In this document: one piece after another, positions 39,832 through 51,584 of the stretch
How positions within the stretch are numbered: position 1 is the stretch's first letter
How the letters are laid out: the number at the start of each line of letters is the position of its first letter
DNA from: an uncultured Armatimonadia bacterium
GTDB taxonomy: Bacteria > Armatimonadota > Zipacnadia > CAVVLO01
DNA: 64,000 nt
Direction: 5' to 3'
NCBI GenBank assembly: GCA_963749155.1
Contig: CAVVLO010000001.1
Location: forward strand, 224,001-288,000
Made by a program: the position numbers and the translations under genes
Notes under the pieces: model-generated
Databases searched by the model: none
What the model saw: only the letters and a program-made list of their open reading frames with translations
Told to the model about the DNA's origin: nothing

Positions 39832-41789
39832 CCTGGCGAGAAGTCGTAGATGTGGTAGCCCAGTATCACGCTGAGCGCGCTCCACAAGGCGCCCATAAAA
39901 TATTCGCCGATAATGATGCCGAAGGCTATCCACATAGCGTCGCGATAGAGTTTGTGGCCGCCATAACGCAGCACCAGAGTCTTCAGAATCCAGGCGATAA
40001 GAGTGCAACTCCAGAAATACTCCAGCCCAAAGTTGGTCGCAAGCGCATAGCCTGCCGGGTGGAAAGGCCACCACAGGAAGCGCGTCCGCATCCACATCAT
40101 CACGAAGGTTGCAAGCCCTGCCCCCAGCATTACAAAGAGGCCAGGGATATTGGCTTGCCTGGGCGACTGCATCCAGCCGGCCAGTTCGTTCCACTCGCCC
40201 CAGTTGTGGTCAAACATCGGATTTGGTCCGACCTTGTACGCCCAGTGCAGGTTGGCCCAATAACTGCCTAGCGCCCCGAGGAACATCGCAAAAAGCAGAG
40301 CCGGGATAAGCCAGCGCGTGTTCATACCGCCGCGTTCGGCCATCTTGAAGACTTCAAGCTGATGGGGCATCGGCGAGGTGCGATACCCCCGGCCCGAAAA
40401 CCAGTAGAAGAAAGCGTGCATTACCAGGTTGTTGCCGCCCACGCGCTCGGAGCCGAAAGCGGTCACCAGCAGTCCGGCGCTGTTCATCCCGCCTGCAATC
40501 TCGATGGCGGGCGGCCCAGCCTCGGCGCGCACCCGGGTTATTGCGACAATTATGGCGAAGAAGGCCACGAAGTAAATCAGGATGGCCCACAGGTCCATCC
40601 CTGCCCTCAGGCAGAACCACACGATAAAAACGAAGCCACCGGCAATCATCAGCAGCGAGGTGCGATAAGTAATCGGTTCGTTTTCATCGCCCGGTTCGAT
40701 ACGCCCGGAGAGGGCCTTACGGAAAGTGTGGGCAAAGTAGTGCCGGCCAATCCAGAAAGGCACCAGGAAAAGCGCGAACCAGGCGCCAAAAGACTGTTCG
40801 TTGAGGTAGGGGTTGCCTGGGTTGCCGGCCGAGCCGAAGGCTGCCAGGCTGACCAGCATCACCCGCTTGAAAAGGAAGAAGAACCAAATCGAAAAAGAGA
40901 GATCTTTCGGCAGGAAGAAGGAAAGCGCAATCAGGAAAGGATATAGCGGAAAGGGCACAGCGCCCAGCACACTCCAGGGCCAGTTGGCGCTCTGGAATAT
41001 CGTTAGCTGGTCATGCCTGACCGTTATATAGGGAAGCCAGGGCAGGAAGGCATGCAAGCCGTTCGTGAGGTCTATGCCCGCGCCAATCGCAATGCCAATC
41101 CAAAGCAGGCGATGGGTGAAGAAATGCTTCGAGCCGCCCTCGCGCGTCATCGCCATCGGCAGTTCGATGATGGGATAACTCAGCTTCTCGTTTTCGGTCC
41201 ACTGCTTGCGGACGAAGGCCACGACCCCGAGCATCACAGAGCTAAGGGCCATTATGAAGGCGGTCCACCAGAGCACTGGGGCGACCCAGGGCAGCAGGTT
41301 ACCGCGTTCGTACAGACTGCTGCCCCCCTGGAAGTAGCCCTTCAGCGCGTGCGTATCCTGCACCGAGAGCCATTTGGGAACGAAATCGCCGAACAGATCC
41401 TCCCAGTGGTTGGAGGGAGTCTTGAAATACTCGTACCAGCCCAGGCTGGGCATCCCAAGCTGAAGCGAATCGTGGGCGGCAAGCATCATCGAGACAGCCA
41501 GCATCCCGTAGATGGTAATAAACTCGGCCTGGGTCAGCGCCTTCGCAGGGGCGAAGCGTTTCACCAGCAGATTGAGCAGCAGCAAAATCAGGATGTTGAA
41601 GACGACACCCCAGGCCAGCGAGATACAGGTGGGGTGACCTTTATGCCAGATGCCCTCGACGGTTACTACCCAGAAGACATTGGGCACTATCAGAAGGGCG
41701 CCGATGAAGATGGCGCGCAAAGTTACCCGCTGGGCCGGCAGCTGAGCCGGCTGCGGTTCGACTTCAACCGGGTGCTTCACCTCGTGCAA
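39828..41789 (-). CDS. DUF6785/DUF6784-type polytopic membrane protein (putative transporter), paralog 2
   Basis: Shares RKQW...EKL..P, RAE.G.P, PMP.Q.E, WP.HP.GYA and RYGG.KLY with 24671-26653. Confidence 0.65.
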   Translation of the reverse strand: MHEVKHPVEVEPQPAQLPAQRVTLRAIFIGALLIVPNVFWVVTVEGIWHKGHPTCISLAWGVVFNILILLLLNLLVKRFAPAKALTQAEFITIYGMLAVSMMLAAHDSLQLGMPSLGWYEYFKTPSNHWEDLFGDFVPKWLSVQDTHALKGYFQGGSSLYERGNLLPWVAPVLWWTAFIMALSSVMLGVVAFVRKQWTENEKLSYPIIELPMAMTREGGSKHFFTHRLLWIGIAIGAGIDLTNGLHAFLPWLPYITVRHDQLTIFQSANWPWSVLGAVPFPLYPFLIALSFFLPKDLSFSIWFFFLFKRVMLVSLAAFGSAGNPGNPYLNEQSFGAWFALFLVPFWIGRHYFAHTFRKALSGRIEPGDENEPITYRTSLLMIAGGFVFIVWFCLRAGMDLWAILIYFVAFFAIIVAITRVRAEAGPPAIEIAGGMNSAGLLVTAFGSERVGGNNLVMHAFFYWFSGRGYRTSPMPHQLEVFKMAERGGMNTRWLIPALLFAMFLGALGSYWANLHWAYKVGPNPMFDHNWGEWNELAGWMQSPRQANIPGLFVMLGAGLATFVMMWMRTRFLWWPFHPAGYALATNFGLEYFWSCTLIAWILKTLVLRYGGHKLYRDAMWIAFGIIIGEYFMGALWSALSVILGYHIYDFSPG

Positions 41790-41804
41790 ACAGGCGCCTC
41801 CGTT

Positions 41805-42860
41805 TTAGGCGAGGTCTAGCTCGGGGCAAAGATACACGTCCTGGATGGCGTTTAACAACTCAATACCAGTTTCCATTGGCTTCTGGAAAGCCTTCCGGCC
41901 ACTGATAAGCCCCATCCCGCCTGCCCGCTTGTTGATGATCGCAGTGCGCACAGCCTGTTGCAGGTCGTCGCTGCCGCTGGCGCCGCCAGAGTTGATTAGT
42001 CCCGCGCGGCCCATATAACAGTTAATCACCTGATACCGGGTCAGGTCTACTGGATGGTCGCTGGTTAGCTCGGAATATACCTTTTTATCGGTCTTGCCGA
42101 ACTTCAGCGCGTTGTAACCGCCATTGCATTCGGCTTGCTTCTGCTTCACGATGTCGGCTTCGATGGTCGCAGCCAGATGATTGGCCTGGCCTGAAAGATC
42201 GGCGGCCAGATGGAAATCCGCCTCATCCGTCTTGAAAGCTTTGTTGCGCAGATAAGCCCATAATACGGTGAACATCCCCAGCTCGTGGGCCCTCTGGAAG
42301 GCCTGGCTTACTTCCTGGATCTGCCGCGTGGCCTCATCCGAGCCATAGTAGATAGTCGCTCCGACCCCGACGGCCCCAAGATTGAAGGCTTGTTCGACCG
42401 AGGCGAACATCACCTGGTCATATTTGCTCGGGTAGGTAAGCAGCTCGTTGTGGTTGAGCTTCACGATGAAAGGAATCTTGTGCGCGTATTTACGCGATAC
42501 CGACCCCAGCACGCCCAGTGTCGATACCACGGCATTGCAACCGCCCTCAATCGCAAGTTTCACGATGTTGGCGCCATCGAAGTATATTGGATTGGGCGCG
42601 AAGGCCGATCCTGCCGAGTGTTCGATGCCCTGGTCCACCGGCAAAATGGAAAGATAGCCTGTCCCCGCAAGGCGCCCGTGGTCGAAGACCCCCTGCAAAT
42701 TGCGCATCACCTGGGGCGAGCGGTCCGTCTGGGCAACCACGCGATCCACGAAGTCTGGCCCTGGTGGCACCAGCAGCGCCTTGTCAACGATTGCCTTGTG
42801 CTTAAGGAGATAATCGGCTTCCTCGCCAAGCAGTTTTGTGATGTTGTCAATACAGAGCAT
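41805..42860 (-). CDS. fbaB: Class I fructose-bisphosphate aldolase (DhnA/FbaB type)
   Basis: [58 protein letters not shown]. Confidence 0.95.
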   Translation of the reverse strand: MLCIDNITKLLGEEADYLLKHKAIVDKALLVPPGPDFVDRVVAQTDRSPQVMRNLQGVFDHGRLAGTGYLSILPVDQGIEHSAGSAFAPNPIYFDGANIVKLAIEGGCNAVVSTLGVLGSVSRKYAHKIPFIVKLNHNELLTYPSKYDQVMFASVEQAFNLGAVGVGATIYYGSDEATRQIQEVSQAFQRAHELGMFTVLWAYLRNKAFKTDEADFHLAADLSGQANHLAATIEADIVKQKQAECNGGYNALKFGKTDKKVYSELTSDHPVDLTRYQVINCYMGRAGLINSGGASGSDDLQQAVRTAIINKRAGGMGLISGRKAFQKPMETGIELLNAIQDVYLCPELDLA

Positions 42861-42971
42861 TTATCTCACCTCAGATATTATTCGCTGACACAAGTCAATT
42901 TATCAAACTAACCAGAAAACCCCTTGTTAGCGTTCCACCCGACAAGAGGCTCTCCTGCCGCCCCCCTACTG

Positions 42972-42980
42972 TGCTACACT
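42972..42980 (+). promoter_or_regulatory. Putative extended -10 element of the atp operon
   Basis: TGCTACACT upstream of AAGGAGG and ATG 43015. Confidence 0.4.
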
Positions 42981-43014
42981 GCTGGCAACAATACCTTGAA
43001 GCAAGGAGGGTGTA

Positions 43015-43252
43015 ATGCGCCAGCGTAAACCTGACTTCAATGCGATGAGAGCCAGCGGAATGCTAACAGGCATCGGCTTCACGCTAGTGCTTAGCACGCT
43101 TGCCGGCTGACGGCCTGGGCTACCTCGTGGACTCCTTGCTGGGGATTGACGCTCTAAAATACGCTGGGTTACTATTAGGCTCCGCCGCCGGGCTGGTAGG
43201 CGTAGTGAGGCTGGTCAAGTCAGCAAACGATGAAACCAACCGTAAACGCTGA
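43015..43252 (+). CDS. AtpZ/AtpI-family ('ATPase gene 1') small membrane protein; frameshift near 43109; absent from the ORF track
   Basis: AAGGAGG then ATG: MRQRKPDFNAMRASGMLTGIGFTLVLSTLAG*, continued in the +1 frame as GLGYLVDSLLG...GLLLGSAAG...KR*. This matches the G..LD..LG pattern of the family. Confidence 0.7.
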
Positions 43253-43619
43253 TCCAACAAACTGGCTATTTGGCCGGGTGGCTCTCTCAAGCGGAGTCGC
43301 AGGGATTGTTTTGGCCCTTCCTCTGCTCGCTACGGGCAATCTGCTCGCAGGCTTAAACCTGCTTGGCGGGGTCGCTTTGGCCCTGGGATTGCTCTATGTT
43401 ACCATCCAGACTGGACGCGCTTTGCTCACCCGCAGCAGGAGGCTGTGGATCTGGGCGCTAATTTTTTCTGGAAAATTGTTGCTGGCGGCTTCAGTTTTGT
43501 TCTTGAGTTACCGATATCAAGTATTAGACGTGCCTTGGGTGACCCTGGGCTATTCGATTCACCTGGTCGCCCTTACAGGATTTGGAGTCGCCTTTAGCCT
43601 GCGCAACAAGCGCGCTTAG
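43230..43619 (+). CDS. atpI: ATP synthase protein I
   Basis: Hydrophobic 129-aa protein with about 4 TM helices immediately before atpB. Confidence 0.7.
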   Translation: MKPTVNADPTNWLFGRVALSSGVAGIVLALPLLATGNLLAGLNLLGGVALALGLLYVTIQTGRALLTRSRRLWIWALIFSGKLLLAASVLFLSYRYQVLDVPWVTLGYSIHLVALTGFGVAFSLRNKRA

Positions 43620-43664
43620 GAGTTGAGCCTGAACTCCGGCAATATATGCGGAGTGATTCGTGCT

Positions 43665-44438
43665 ATGGAAGGCCACGAACCAGGCAGCATTTTCAATTTG
43701 CTTTACCATATACCAGGCGCCGAGGCTATTGGCCTGACGCATGAAAAGGTCCCTCCCTTCGTGGAAGCGGCCTGGTTTCTGGTAATCGTGATTTCTATCG
43801 CCGTAATCCTGGCTTCGCGCTCCTATTCGCGTGACAATCCTGGCAAGCTGCAGTCCTTCCTCGAGCTGATTGTCGACTGGCTCGAAAACTTCTGCGAGCA
43901 AAGTATCGGTGCTGGCGGTAAGCGCTATGCCCCCTTTGTCGGTAGCGTCTTCCTCTTCATTCTGGCTATGAACCTGCTGGGCACGGTACCCGGTTTTCTT
44001 ACCCCCACCGGCAACCTGAACACCACCCTGGCGCTTTCTCTGACTGTTTTTCTGATGACACCGGTTTTCGGGATACAGGCTGTTGGGACGAAAGCTTTTA
44101 TTTCGCATCTGGCAGGCCAGCCAGTCTGGCTTTCGTGGTTCCTGTTCCCGCTCAATGTTATCGAAGAATTTGTGCGGCCTGTCTCACTGTCCATACGACT
44201 TTTTGGAAATATGTTCGCAGATCACACGATGGCCGGTATCATCGCGATGCTGACCTTCAGCGTGCCTTTCTTCATTACACTGGCGCCGCTTGCTTTCTAC
44301 CAGGTGCTTACCTTTTTCGGAGTGTTTGTGGCCTTGGTTCAGGCCTTTGTGTTTACCGCACTTACGACTGTCTATATCGCAGGCGCGGTTGCTACCCATG
44401 CAAGTCATGAAGTTCATACGAACGCGGAAGTTTCCTAG
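43665..44438 (+). CDS. atpB: ATP synthase Fo subunit a
   Basis: PGKLQ...E, NLLG.VP, PT.NLN.T, RPVSLSIRLFGNMFA, QAFVF..LT..YI. Confidence 0.96.
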   Translation: MEGHEPGSIFNLLYHIPGAEAIGLTHEKVPPFVEAAWFLVIVISIAVILASRSYSRDNPGKLQSFLELIVDWLENFCEQSIGAGGKRYAPFVGSVFLFILAMNLLGTVPGFLTPTGNLNTTLALSLTVFLMTPVFGIQAVGTKAFISHLAGQPVWLSWFLFPLNVIEEFVRPVSLSIRLFGNMFADHTMAGIIAMLTFSVPFFITLAPLAFYQVLTFFGVFVALVQAFVFTALTTVYIAGAVATHASHEVHTNAEVS

Positions 44439-44465
44439 CTTCACCAGTACAAGGAGGAGTTCTCG

Positions 44466-44750
44466 ATGGGTGATCTGTATTTTATGGCTCTTGCCTTCGG
44501 CGTCCTTTTCGGCGTCCCAATCGCTGCGCTTGGAGGCGCCCTTGGCCAGGGAAAAATTGGCGGAGCCGCAATGGAAGCAATGGCGCGCCAGCCCGATCTG
44601 GCCAGCACAATCCAGATGGCTATGATTATCGCGCTGGCTTTCGTTGAGTCGCTGAGCATCTACGCCCTGCTCATATTCTTCATAATGATGGGCAAGCTGC
44701 CAGCAGCCGACGTAATCCTCGAAGCTATGAAGTCTCACCTTGTTAAGTAA
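44466..44750 (+). CDS. atpE: ATP synthase Fo subunit c
   Basis: GGALGQG, ARQP loop, ESLSIY. Confidence 0.96.
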   Translation: MGDLYFMALAFGVLFGVPIAALGGALGQGKIGGAAMEAMARQPDLASTIQMAMIIALAFVESLSIYALLIFFIMMGKLPAADVILEAMKSHLVK

Positions 44751-44786
44751 CAGGTCGACCAGACCTGTCACAGGGAGTGCATTGGC

Positions 44787-45305
44787 TTGGAAGTACTGCA
44801 CGATCTAGGCATAGAGTGGCAACTGCTTTTGGCCCAGGCGATCGCCTTCGTGGTGCTCTATCTGGTGCTGCGCAAGTACCTGTTCGGTGCACTGGGCGCA
44901 ATGATTGAAGAACGTCGCGCCCAGATTGCCGAAACCCGGGCTCGCGCCGAGCAGGCTGCCCGCGAGGCAGAGTTGCTCCAGCAGCAGCATCAGACCGAGC
45001 TGCAGAAGCTGATCGACCAGAGGAACCGCGTCCTGGATGAAGCCAAGTCTGAAGGCCGCAAAGCCGCCGATGAGATATCAGCCGAGGCGCGCGCTTCAGC
45101 CGAAGAGCTACTTGACCGGGCCAGGCGCGATGTCGAGCGAGAGCGCGACAAAACTCTGGCGGAGCTGCGCGCTCAGGTCGCTTCTTTAGTGGTTGCTGGC
45201 ACCGAGAAACTGTTAAGGCGCGAAGTCGGGCCTGATGACCAGGCTGCTTTCGTAGACGAGTTTGCCAAGGAGCTGGAGCAGGATGAGGACCAGCGCTCTG
45301 GCTAA
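44787..45305 (+). CDS. atpF: ATP synthase Fo subunit b
   Basis: N-terminal TM (Q.I.F..L...L.KYLF) followed by a coiled coil; operon position. Confidence 0.93.
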   Translation: MEVLHDLGIEWQLLLAQAIAFVVLYLVLRKYLFGALGAMIEERRAQIAETRARAEQAAREAELLQQQHQTELQKLIDQRNRVLDEAKSEGRKAADEISAEARASAEELLDRARRDVERERDKTLAELRAQVASLVVAGTEKLLRREVGPDDQAAFVDEFAKELEQDEDQRSG

Positions 45306-45831
45306 GCGCTACGCGCAGGCTCTGATTGAATCCACCCCCCAGGCTACCTGGGAGTCAGTGGCTGGCGGCCTGGACATAATCGGCGCCGCCTGGGCTGAGC
45401 AAGCCGATTTTCGTATACCGCTTGCCGATCCAGGTCTACCCGACGAGGTAAAAGTGGATTTCATCCTGGCCTTGACGCCTGATGCGCCAGATTCGCTCAG
45501 GCGCGCGCTCGAGTTACTGGTCGCGCGTGACCGGCTGGAGTTACTGCCGGATCTGGCGCTTGGTTTCCAGGAACTATCGGCCGAGGCCCAGCAGCGGCAA
45601 TTAGCGCTTGTAACATCGGCTTATGAGCTTTCTCCCGGCGAGTCCGAACGGCTTCAGACAGCTTTGGAGGCCTATCTTGGCAAGCCGGTTGTACTCAAAA
45701 CCAGGGTGGACGCTACTTTGATTGGCGGAGTGCAGGTTACCGTGGGGCAACAGATTCTGGACGGTTCTCTTCGGGGCGCTCTGGACCGGCTTGCAGAACG
45801 GCTCAGGCAGGCGCCAGTGGAGATGGAGTGA
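45283..45831 (+). CDS. atpH: ATP synthase F1 subunit delta
   Basis: AKRYAQAL, VTSAYEL, VD.TLIGG....G....DGSL. Confidence 0.93.
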   Translation: MRTSALAKRYAQALIESTPQATWESVAGGLDIIGAAWAEQADFRIPLADPGLPDEVKVDFILALTPDAPDSLRRALELLVARDRLELLPDLALGFQELSAEAQQRQLALVTSAYELSPGESERLQTALEAYLGKPVVLKTRVDATLIGGVQVTVGQQILDGSLRGALDRLAERLRQAPVEME

Positions 45832-45836
45832 TATAG

Positions 45837-47372
45837 ATGGCAATTAGACCCGACGAGATAGCCGATATACTGAAACGCCAGCTCGAGCAATACGAACCGA
45901 GTGTCGAATTCCGCTCTTCCGGTATCGTACTATCGGTTGGTGACGGCATAGCGCGCATCTATGGATTGCAGCAGGCGATGTCCGGCGAACTGATAGAGTT
46001 CCCAAACGGCCTTTTCGGCATAGCGCTCAACCTGGAAGAGGACAACGTTGGCTGCGTATTGCTGGGCTCGGAGCGCGACCTTAAAGAAGGCGACACCGCC
46101 AGATGCACAGGGCGTCTTGCCGAGGTGCCGGTTGGCGAGGCGGTACTCGGGCGAGTTATCGATCCGCTGGGCAGGCCTCTGGACGGTAAAGGCGAGCTTG
46201 TATCCACCGCCACCCGGCCCATAGAAGTCCGCGCCCCAGGGGTCATCGAGCGCCAGCCTGTGTCCGAACCGCTCCAGACGGGAATCAAAGCTGTCGATTC
46301 AATGACTCCGATTGGCCGAGGCCAGCGCGAGTTGATTATTGGAGACAGGCAAACAGGCAAGACCGCTGTGGCAATCGATACGATGATCAATCAGCGGGAC
46401 ACCGATGTCGTCTGTATCTATGTCGCAATTGGCCAGAAAACTTCGACCGTTGCGCAGGTCCAGAAAGCCCTGGAAGTCAATGGCGCCATGGCCAATTCGG
46501 TGATCGTGAACGCTGGTTCGGCAGATTCCGCGGCCTTGCAGTATATTGCGCCTTATTCGGGCACTGCCATTGGTGAGTTATTTCGGGACAGTGGCAAGCA
46601 TGCGCTCATCATCTACGATGACCTTTCCAAGCACGCTGCCGCATATCGCCAGGTTTCGCTCCTGCTCAGGCGCCCACCAGGTCGTGAGGCTTTTCCGGGA
46701 GATATTTTCAACCTTCATTCGCGGTTGCTTGAGCGCTCGGCCAAACTTTCCGAGGCCCTTGGGGGCGGCTCACTGACGGCCTTGCCGATTGTGGAGACCC
46801 AGCTTGGCGATTATTCGGCTTACATCCCGACCAATGTTATTTCAATTACGGACGGGCAGATCTACCTGGAGTCCGACCTGTTCTATTCGGGCGTCCGCCC
46901 GGCGATGAATGTCGGGATTTCTGTCTCACGAGTTGGCGGCAGTGCGCAGATCCCTGCGATGAAGCAGGTCGCTGGTCGCCTCAGGCTGGACCTGGCCCAA
47001 TACCGGGAAGTAGAAGCTTTCGCGCAGTTCAGCAGCGACCTCGATCCGGCTACCCAGCAACAGCTCAGACGCGGACAACGGATGGTCGAATTGCTGAAAC
47101 AGGGCCAGTATGAGCCGATGAAGGTCTACGACCAGATTATCGGACTTTTTGCAGGCGCAGGTGGCTTCCTCGACCAACTCGAGGTCAGCGAAGTGCTGGC
47201 TTTCGAAAATTTCCTGATCGACTTTATTAAAAACTATTCTGACAGAGTCTACGAGCAGCTTCAGCACGAAAACAAGCTCTCGGATGACCTGCGCGCGCGA
47301 CTGACAGAGGCCTGCAAGGCTGCTCTCAACGCCTGGAAAGAGAAGGCCCAGAACGCCCTTGGCCTTGGCTAA
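45837..47372 (+). CDS. atpA: ATP synthase F1 subunit alpha
   Basis: [47 protein letters not shown]. Confidence 0.98.
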   Translation: MAIRPDEIADILKRQLEQYEPSVEFRSSGIVLSVGDGIARIYGLQQAMSGELIEFPNGLFGIALNLEEDNVGCVLLGSERDLKEGDTARCTGRLAEVPVGEAVLGRVIDPLGRPLDGKGELVSTATRPIEVRAPGVIERQPVSEPLQTGIKAVDSMTPIGRGQRELIIGDRQTGKTAVAIDTMINQRDTDVVCIYVAIGQKTSTVAQVQKALEVNGAMANSVIVNAGSADSAALQYIAPYSGTAIGELFRDSGKHALIIYDDLSKHAAAYRQVSLLLRRPPGREAFPGDIFNLHSRLLERSAKLSEALGGGSLTALPIVETQLGDYSAYIPTNVISITDGQIYLESDLFYSGVRPAMNVGISVSRVGGSAQIPAMKQVAGRLRLDLAQYREVEAFAQFSSDLDPATQQQLRRGQRMVELLKQGQYEPMKVYDQIIGLFAGAGGFLDQLEVSEVLAFENFLIDFIKNYSDRVYEQLQHENKLSDDLRARLTEACKAALNAWKEKAQNALGLG

Positions 47373-47384
47373 AGGCCACCAGTT

Positions 47385-48266
47385 ATGGAAAACACTCGCA
47401 CAGTAAAACGAAAAATAGCTACGGTTGGCAAGATCGAGCAGATCACCAAGGCGATGAAGGTGGTCGCGACCAACCGCCTGAGAAAGGTCGAACAGCGCGC
47501 GCTTGCGCTGACTCGATTCGGTGAGCGGTTGAAAACTACCGCAGGGCGACTCAGCGCCGGCCTTGGCGAAGACGCTCACCCTCTGCTGGTCAAGCGCAGC
47601 CCTGTGCGCAAAGCGACCATCATCGTTGTTGGCGGCGATAGAGGCCTGTGCGGCGCCTACAACACAAATCTGCTGCGGGTGTTTTTCCAGCTGGCCGAGA
47701 TGCGCCGCCAGATCCACGAGCTTTCCTATGTGGCGGTAGGCGCTCGGGTCGCCAAGACTCTGCCCAAGCGGGGTTTTGAACTGGTTGAGGCCTTCGATGA
47801 GGTTGACAGCTCGCCTCTTTCTCCGCTGCCAGCCATTCTGGCGGAGCTTGCGCAGGCGCGCTTCCTGTCAGGCGCTGCCGATGAGGTGCTGGTCATCCAT
47901 ACTCATTATGTGAATCCACTTGTTTATCAGCCTGTCCAGATGACGTTGCTCCCCCTGGAGCCGCCTCGCAGGGCAGGTCTCGACAGTGAGCAAGTGGACG
48001 AGTCTCGCCCTTACGAGTTTGAACCTTCGGCCCAGGCGCTGCTTTCTCGCCTGCTTCCGATTTATCTGGAGACCGAGCTCGAGGCGATGTTACTCGAGTC
48101 TTCGGCGAGTGAATATGCCGCGCGCGTCGCTTCGATGACCAGCGCAAGTGATAATGCGGCCGATATGATCAAGGTGCTGACCCTCAATTACAACCGATTG
48201 AGGCAGGCAGCCATTACAAGTGAGTTACTGGAGGTGGCTACGGGCGCCGAGGCCCTTAGTGGCTGA
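47385..48266 (+). CDS. atpG: ATP synthase F1 subunit gamma
   Basis: ITKAMK.VA, DRGLCGAYN, SE.AAR..SM..ASDNA, YNR.RQAAIT.E. Confidence 0.97.
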   Translation: MENTRTVKRKIATVGKIEQITKAMKVVATNRLRKVEQRALALTRFGERLKTTAGRLSAGLGEDAHPLLVKRSPVRKATIIVVGGDRGLCGAYNTNLLRVFFQLAEMRRQIHELSYVAVGARVAKTLPKRGFELVEAFDEVDSSPLSPLPAILAELAQARFLSGAADEVLVIHTHYVNPLVYQPVQMTLLPLEPPRRAGLDSEQVDESRPYEFEPSAQALLSRLLPIYLETELEAMLLESSASEYAARVASMTSASDNAADMIKVLTLNYNRLRQAAITSELLEVATGAEALSG

Positions 48267-48281
48267 CCTAGCCCGTTTACC

Positions 48282-49708
<1,427 letters not shown>

Positions 49709-49712
49709 CCGA

Positions 49713-50135
49713 GTGCCAGAAAGACCTTTCAAACTAGGAATCTACACCAGGTTTGGCCCGGTCTATGAAGGAGAAGTCCTTTCGACGCGCCTTCCCCTGG
49801 TTACGGGCTCGCTTGGAGTCTGGAATGGCCATGCGCCAATGCTGGCCGAGGTCACTGTTGGTCTGCTTGAGGCAGATGCGGTTGGAGGCGACACTCAGCT
49901 TTTCGCCGTCTCCGAGGGATTTGCCGAAATCAGCGCAGCAGGGGTTTCGGTATTATGTCGGTCGGCAGAGCGCTCTTTGGAGATAGACCTCGAACGCGCC
50001 GAACAGGCCCTCGAGCGCGCTCGCTTGCGACTTGCCAAGGAATCACACTCTGAAGAGCATGAGTCGATTGATGAAGCGCGGGCGCAACGCGCTCTGCAGC
50101 GAGCCTTGAATCGGTTGAAAGTAAGCAACCGATAA
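49713..50135 (+). CDS. atpC: ATP synthase F1 subunit epsilon
   Basis: G.LGV..GHAPM, GFAEI, IDLERA..A..RA, LQRALNRL. Confidence 0.93.
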   Translation: MPERPFKLGIYTRFGPVYEGEVLSTRLPLVTGSLGVWNGHAPMLAEVTVGLLEADAVGGDTQLFAVSEGFAEISAAGVSVLCRSAERSLEIDLERAEQALERARLRLAKESHSEEHESIDEARAQRALQRALNRLKVSNR

Positions 50136-50165
50136 GCCACTCCCTTTTCAACCTGCTCCTGGCGG

Positions 50166-50194
50166 TTTACTCCGGCCTTCTGCACTGCTACAAT
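50166..50194 (+). promoter_or_regulatory. Putative sigma70 promoter for murA
   Basis: TTTACT-17 nt-TACAAT with an extended TG; GGAGG RBS follows. Confidence 0.6.
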
Positions 50195-50229
50195 CAAGGT
50201 AAAGTAGCACCTTGTGGAGGCAATACTGA

Positions 50230-51525
50230 ATGCAGCGCCTGAGAGTGACCGGCGGATGTACGCTGGAGGGTGAGACTCGCCCTGGTGGAAGCAAGAACGC
50301 TGCTCTCCCACTACTGGTAGCCCCTCTTTTGTGTGACCAGCCTTGTACTCTCCACAATGTGCCCCGAATTCGCGACGTAGATACAATCTTCGCGGTAATG
50401 CGGGCTTTGGGTGTCCGAATTGAGCAGCTAGATGCCCACAGTTGGATCATCGATGCCAGCAGTCTCAATTCCGTAAAGGCTCCCCACGAACTCGTCTCTC
50501 AGATGCGCGCTTCATTCTATGTGGCCGGGCCACTGATTGCTCGCTGGCATGAGGCTGAAGTGGCACTGCCAGGAGGCTGTTCACTTGGGCCCCGACCCGT
50601 GGATTTCCACCTCCAGGCTTTTCAGAAACTTGGCGCCGAGGTTGCCGTAGACCACGGTTATATGCACGCTCAGTCCAAAGGGTTGATTGGCGCCCACATC
50701 GAGCTTGATTCGCGCTATTCAAGCGTGGGCACGACCGTTAACGCCATGATGGCGGCGACCCTGGCAAAGGGCACAACCACTATCGAATATGCCGCTCGCG
50801 AGCCCGAAGTGGTCGAGACAGCCTCGATGCTGCGGGCCATGGGCGCTCAGATTAGTGGCGATGGCACGCCGGTCTTGACTATCGAAGGCGTCGAAAAGCT
50901 GCATGGCTGTGAATGGAACGTGCCACCGGACCGCATAGAAACAGGCACTCTCCTGATAGCCGCAGTCGCGACCCAGGGAGATGTCGTGGTACGTGACACA
51001 CGCGCTGCTGAGCTGGAAGCTTTGCTAGCGGTGCTCAAGTCAACAGGGGCCGAGTTGCGCAAACGCAACGGGACTATCTCCCTCAGGATGAACCGCAGAC
51101 CCGCCGCCGCGCCAGATATCATCCGCACCGCGCCTTATCCCGGCTTCCCAACCGATTTGCAACCTCTGGTGGCGGCAATGCTTGCAACTGCCGAAGGGGT
51201 CAGCACGATAGAAGAGACCATCTTCACCAACCGGTTCCTCTACGTGGACGAACTAAACCGGATGGGCGCGAATATCCAGGTAAGCAGTCAGACCGCCGTC
51301 ATCCGCGGGGTGCCTGTCCTTTCGGCGGCGCCAGTTTATGGGCCGGATCTGCGCGCCGGGGCCGCTTTGCTTGTAGCTGCGCTTACTGCTGAGGGCTGCA
51401 CGGAACTCTCAGGTTGCGAGCATCTGGAAAGAGGCTACGAGGATCTCGACCGCAAGCTGGTCGAACTGGGCGCTTGCATAGAGCGCGTGGATGATGGAGC
51501 TTCGGCTGAGGAGTCCTGTAATTAG
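50230..51525 (+). CDS. murA: UDP-N-acetylglucosamine 1-carboxyvinyltransferase
   Basis: GSKNAALP, MRAS, LPGGCSLG.RP.D.H, AAREPE, PDRIETGT, PYPGFPTDLQ, DLRAGA. Confidence 0.97.
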   Translation: MQRLRVTGGCTLEGETRPGGSKNAALPLLVAPLLCDQPCTLHNVPRIRDVDTIFAVMRALGVRIEQLDAHSWIIDASSLNSVKAPHELVSQMRASFYVAGPLIARWHEAEVALPGGCSLGPRPVDFHLQAFQKLGAEVAVDHGYMHAQSKGLIGAHIELDSRYSSVGTTVNAMMAATLAKGTTTIEYAAREPEVVETASMLRAMGAQISGDGTPVLTIEGVEKLHGCEWNVPPDRIETGTLLIAAVATQGDVVVRDTRAAELEALLAVLKSTGAELRKRNGTISLRMNRRPAAAPDIIRTAPYPGFPTDLQPLVAAMLATAEGVSTIEETIFTNRFLYVDELNRMGANIQVSSQTAVIRGVPVLSAAPVYGPDLRAGAALLVAALTAEGCTELSGCEHLERGYEDLDRKLVELGACIERVDDGASAEESCN

Positions 51526-51584
51526 CTGGCACTGAGTGCCCAGCGCAGGCCACTTTCCATCAGAGGAATATATTCAGGAAACGA

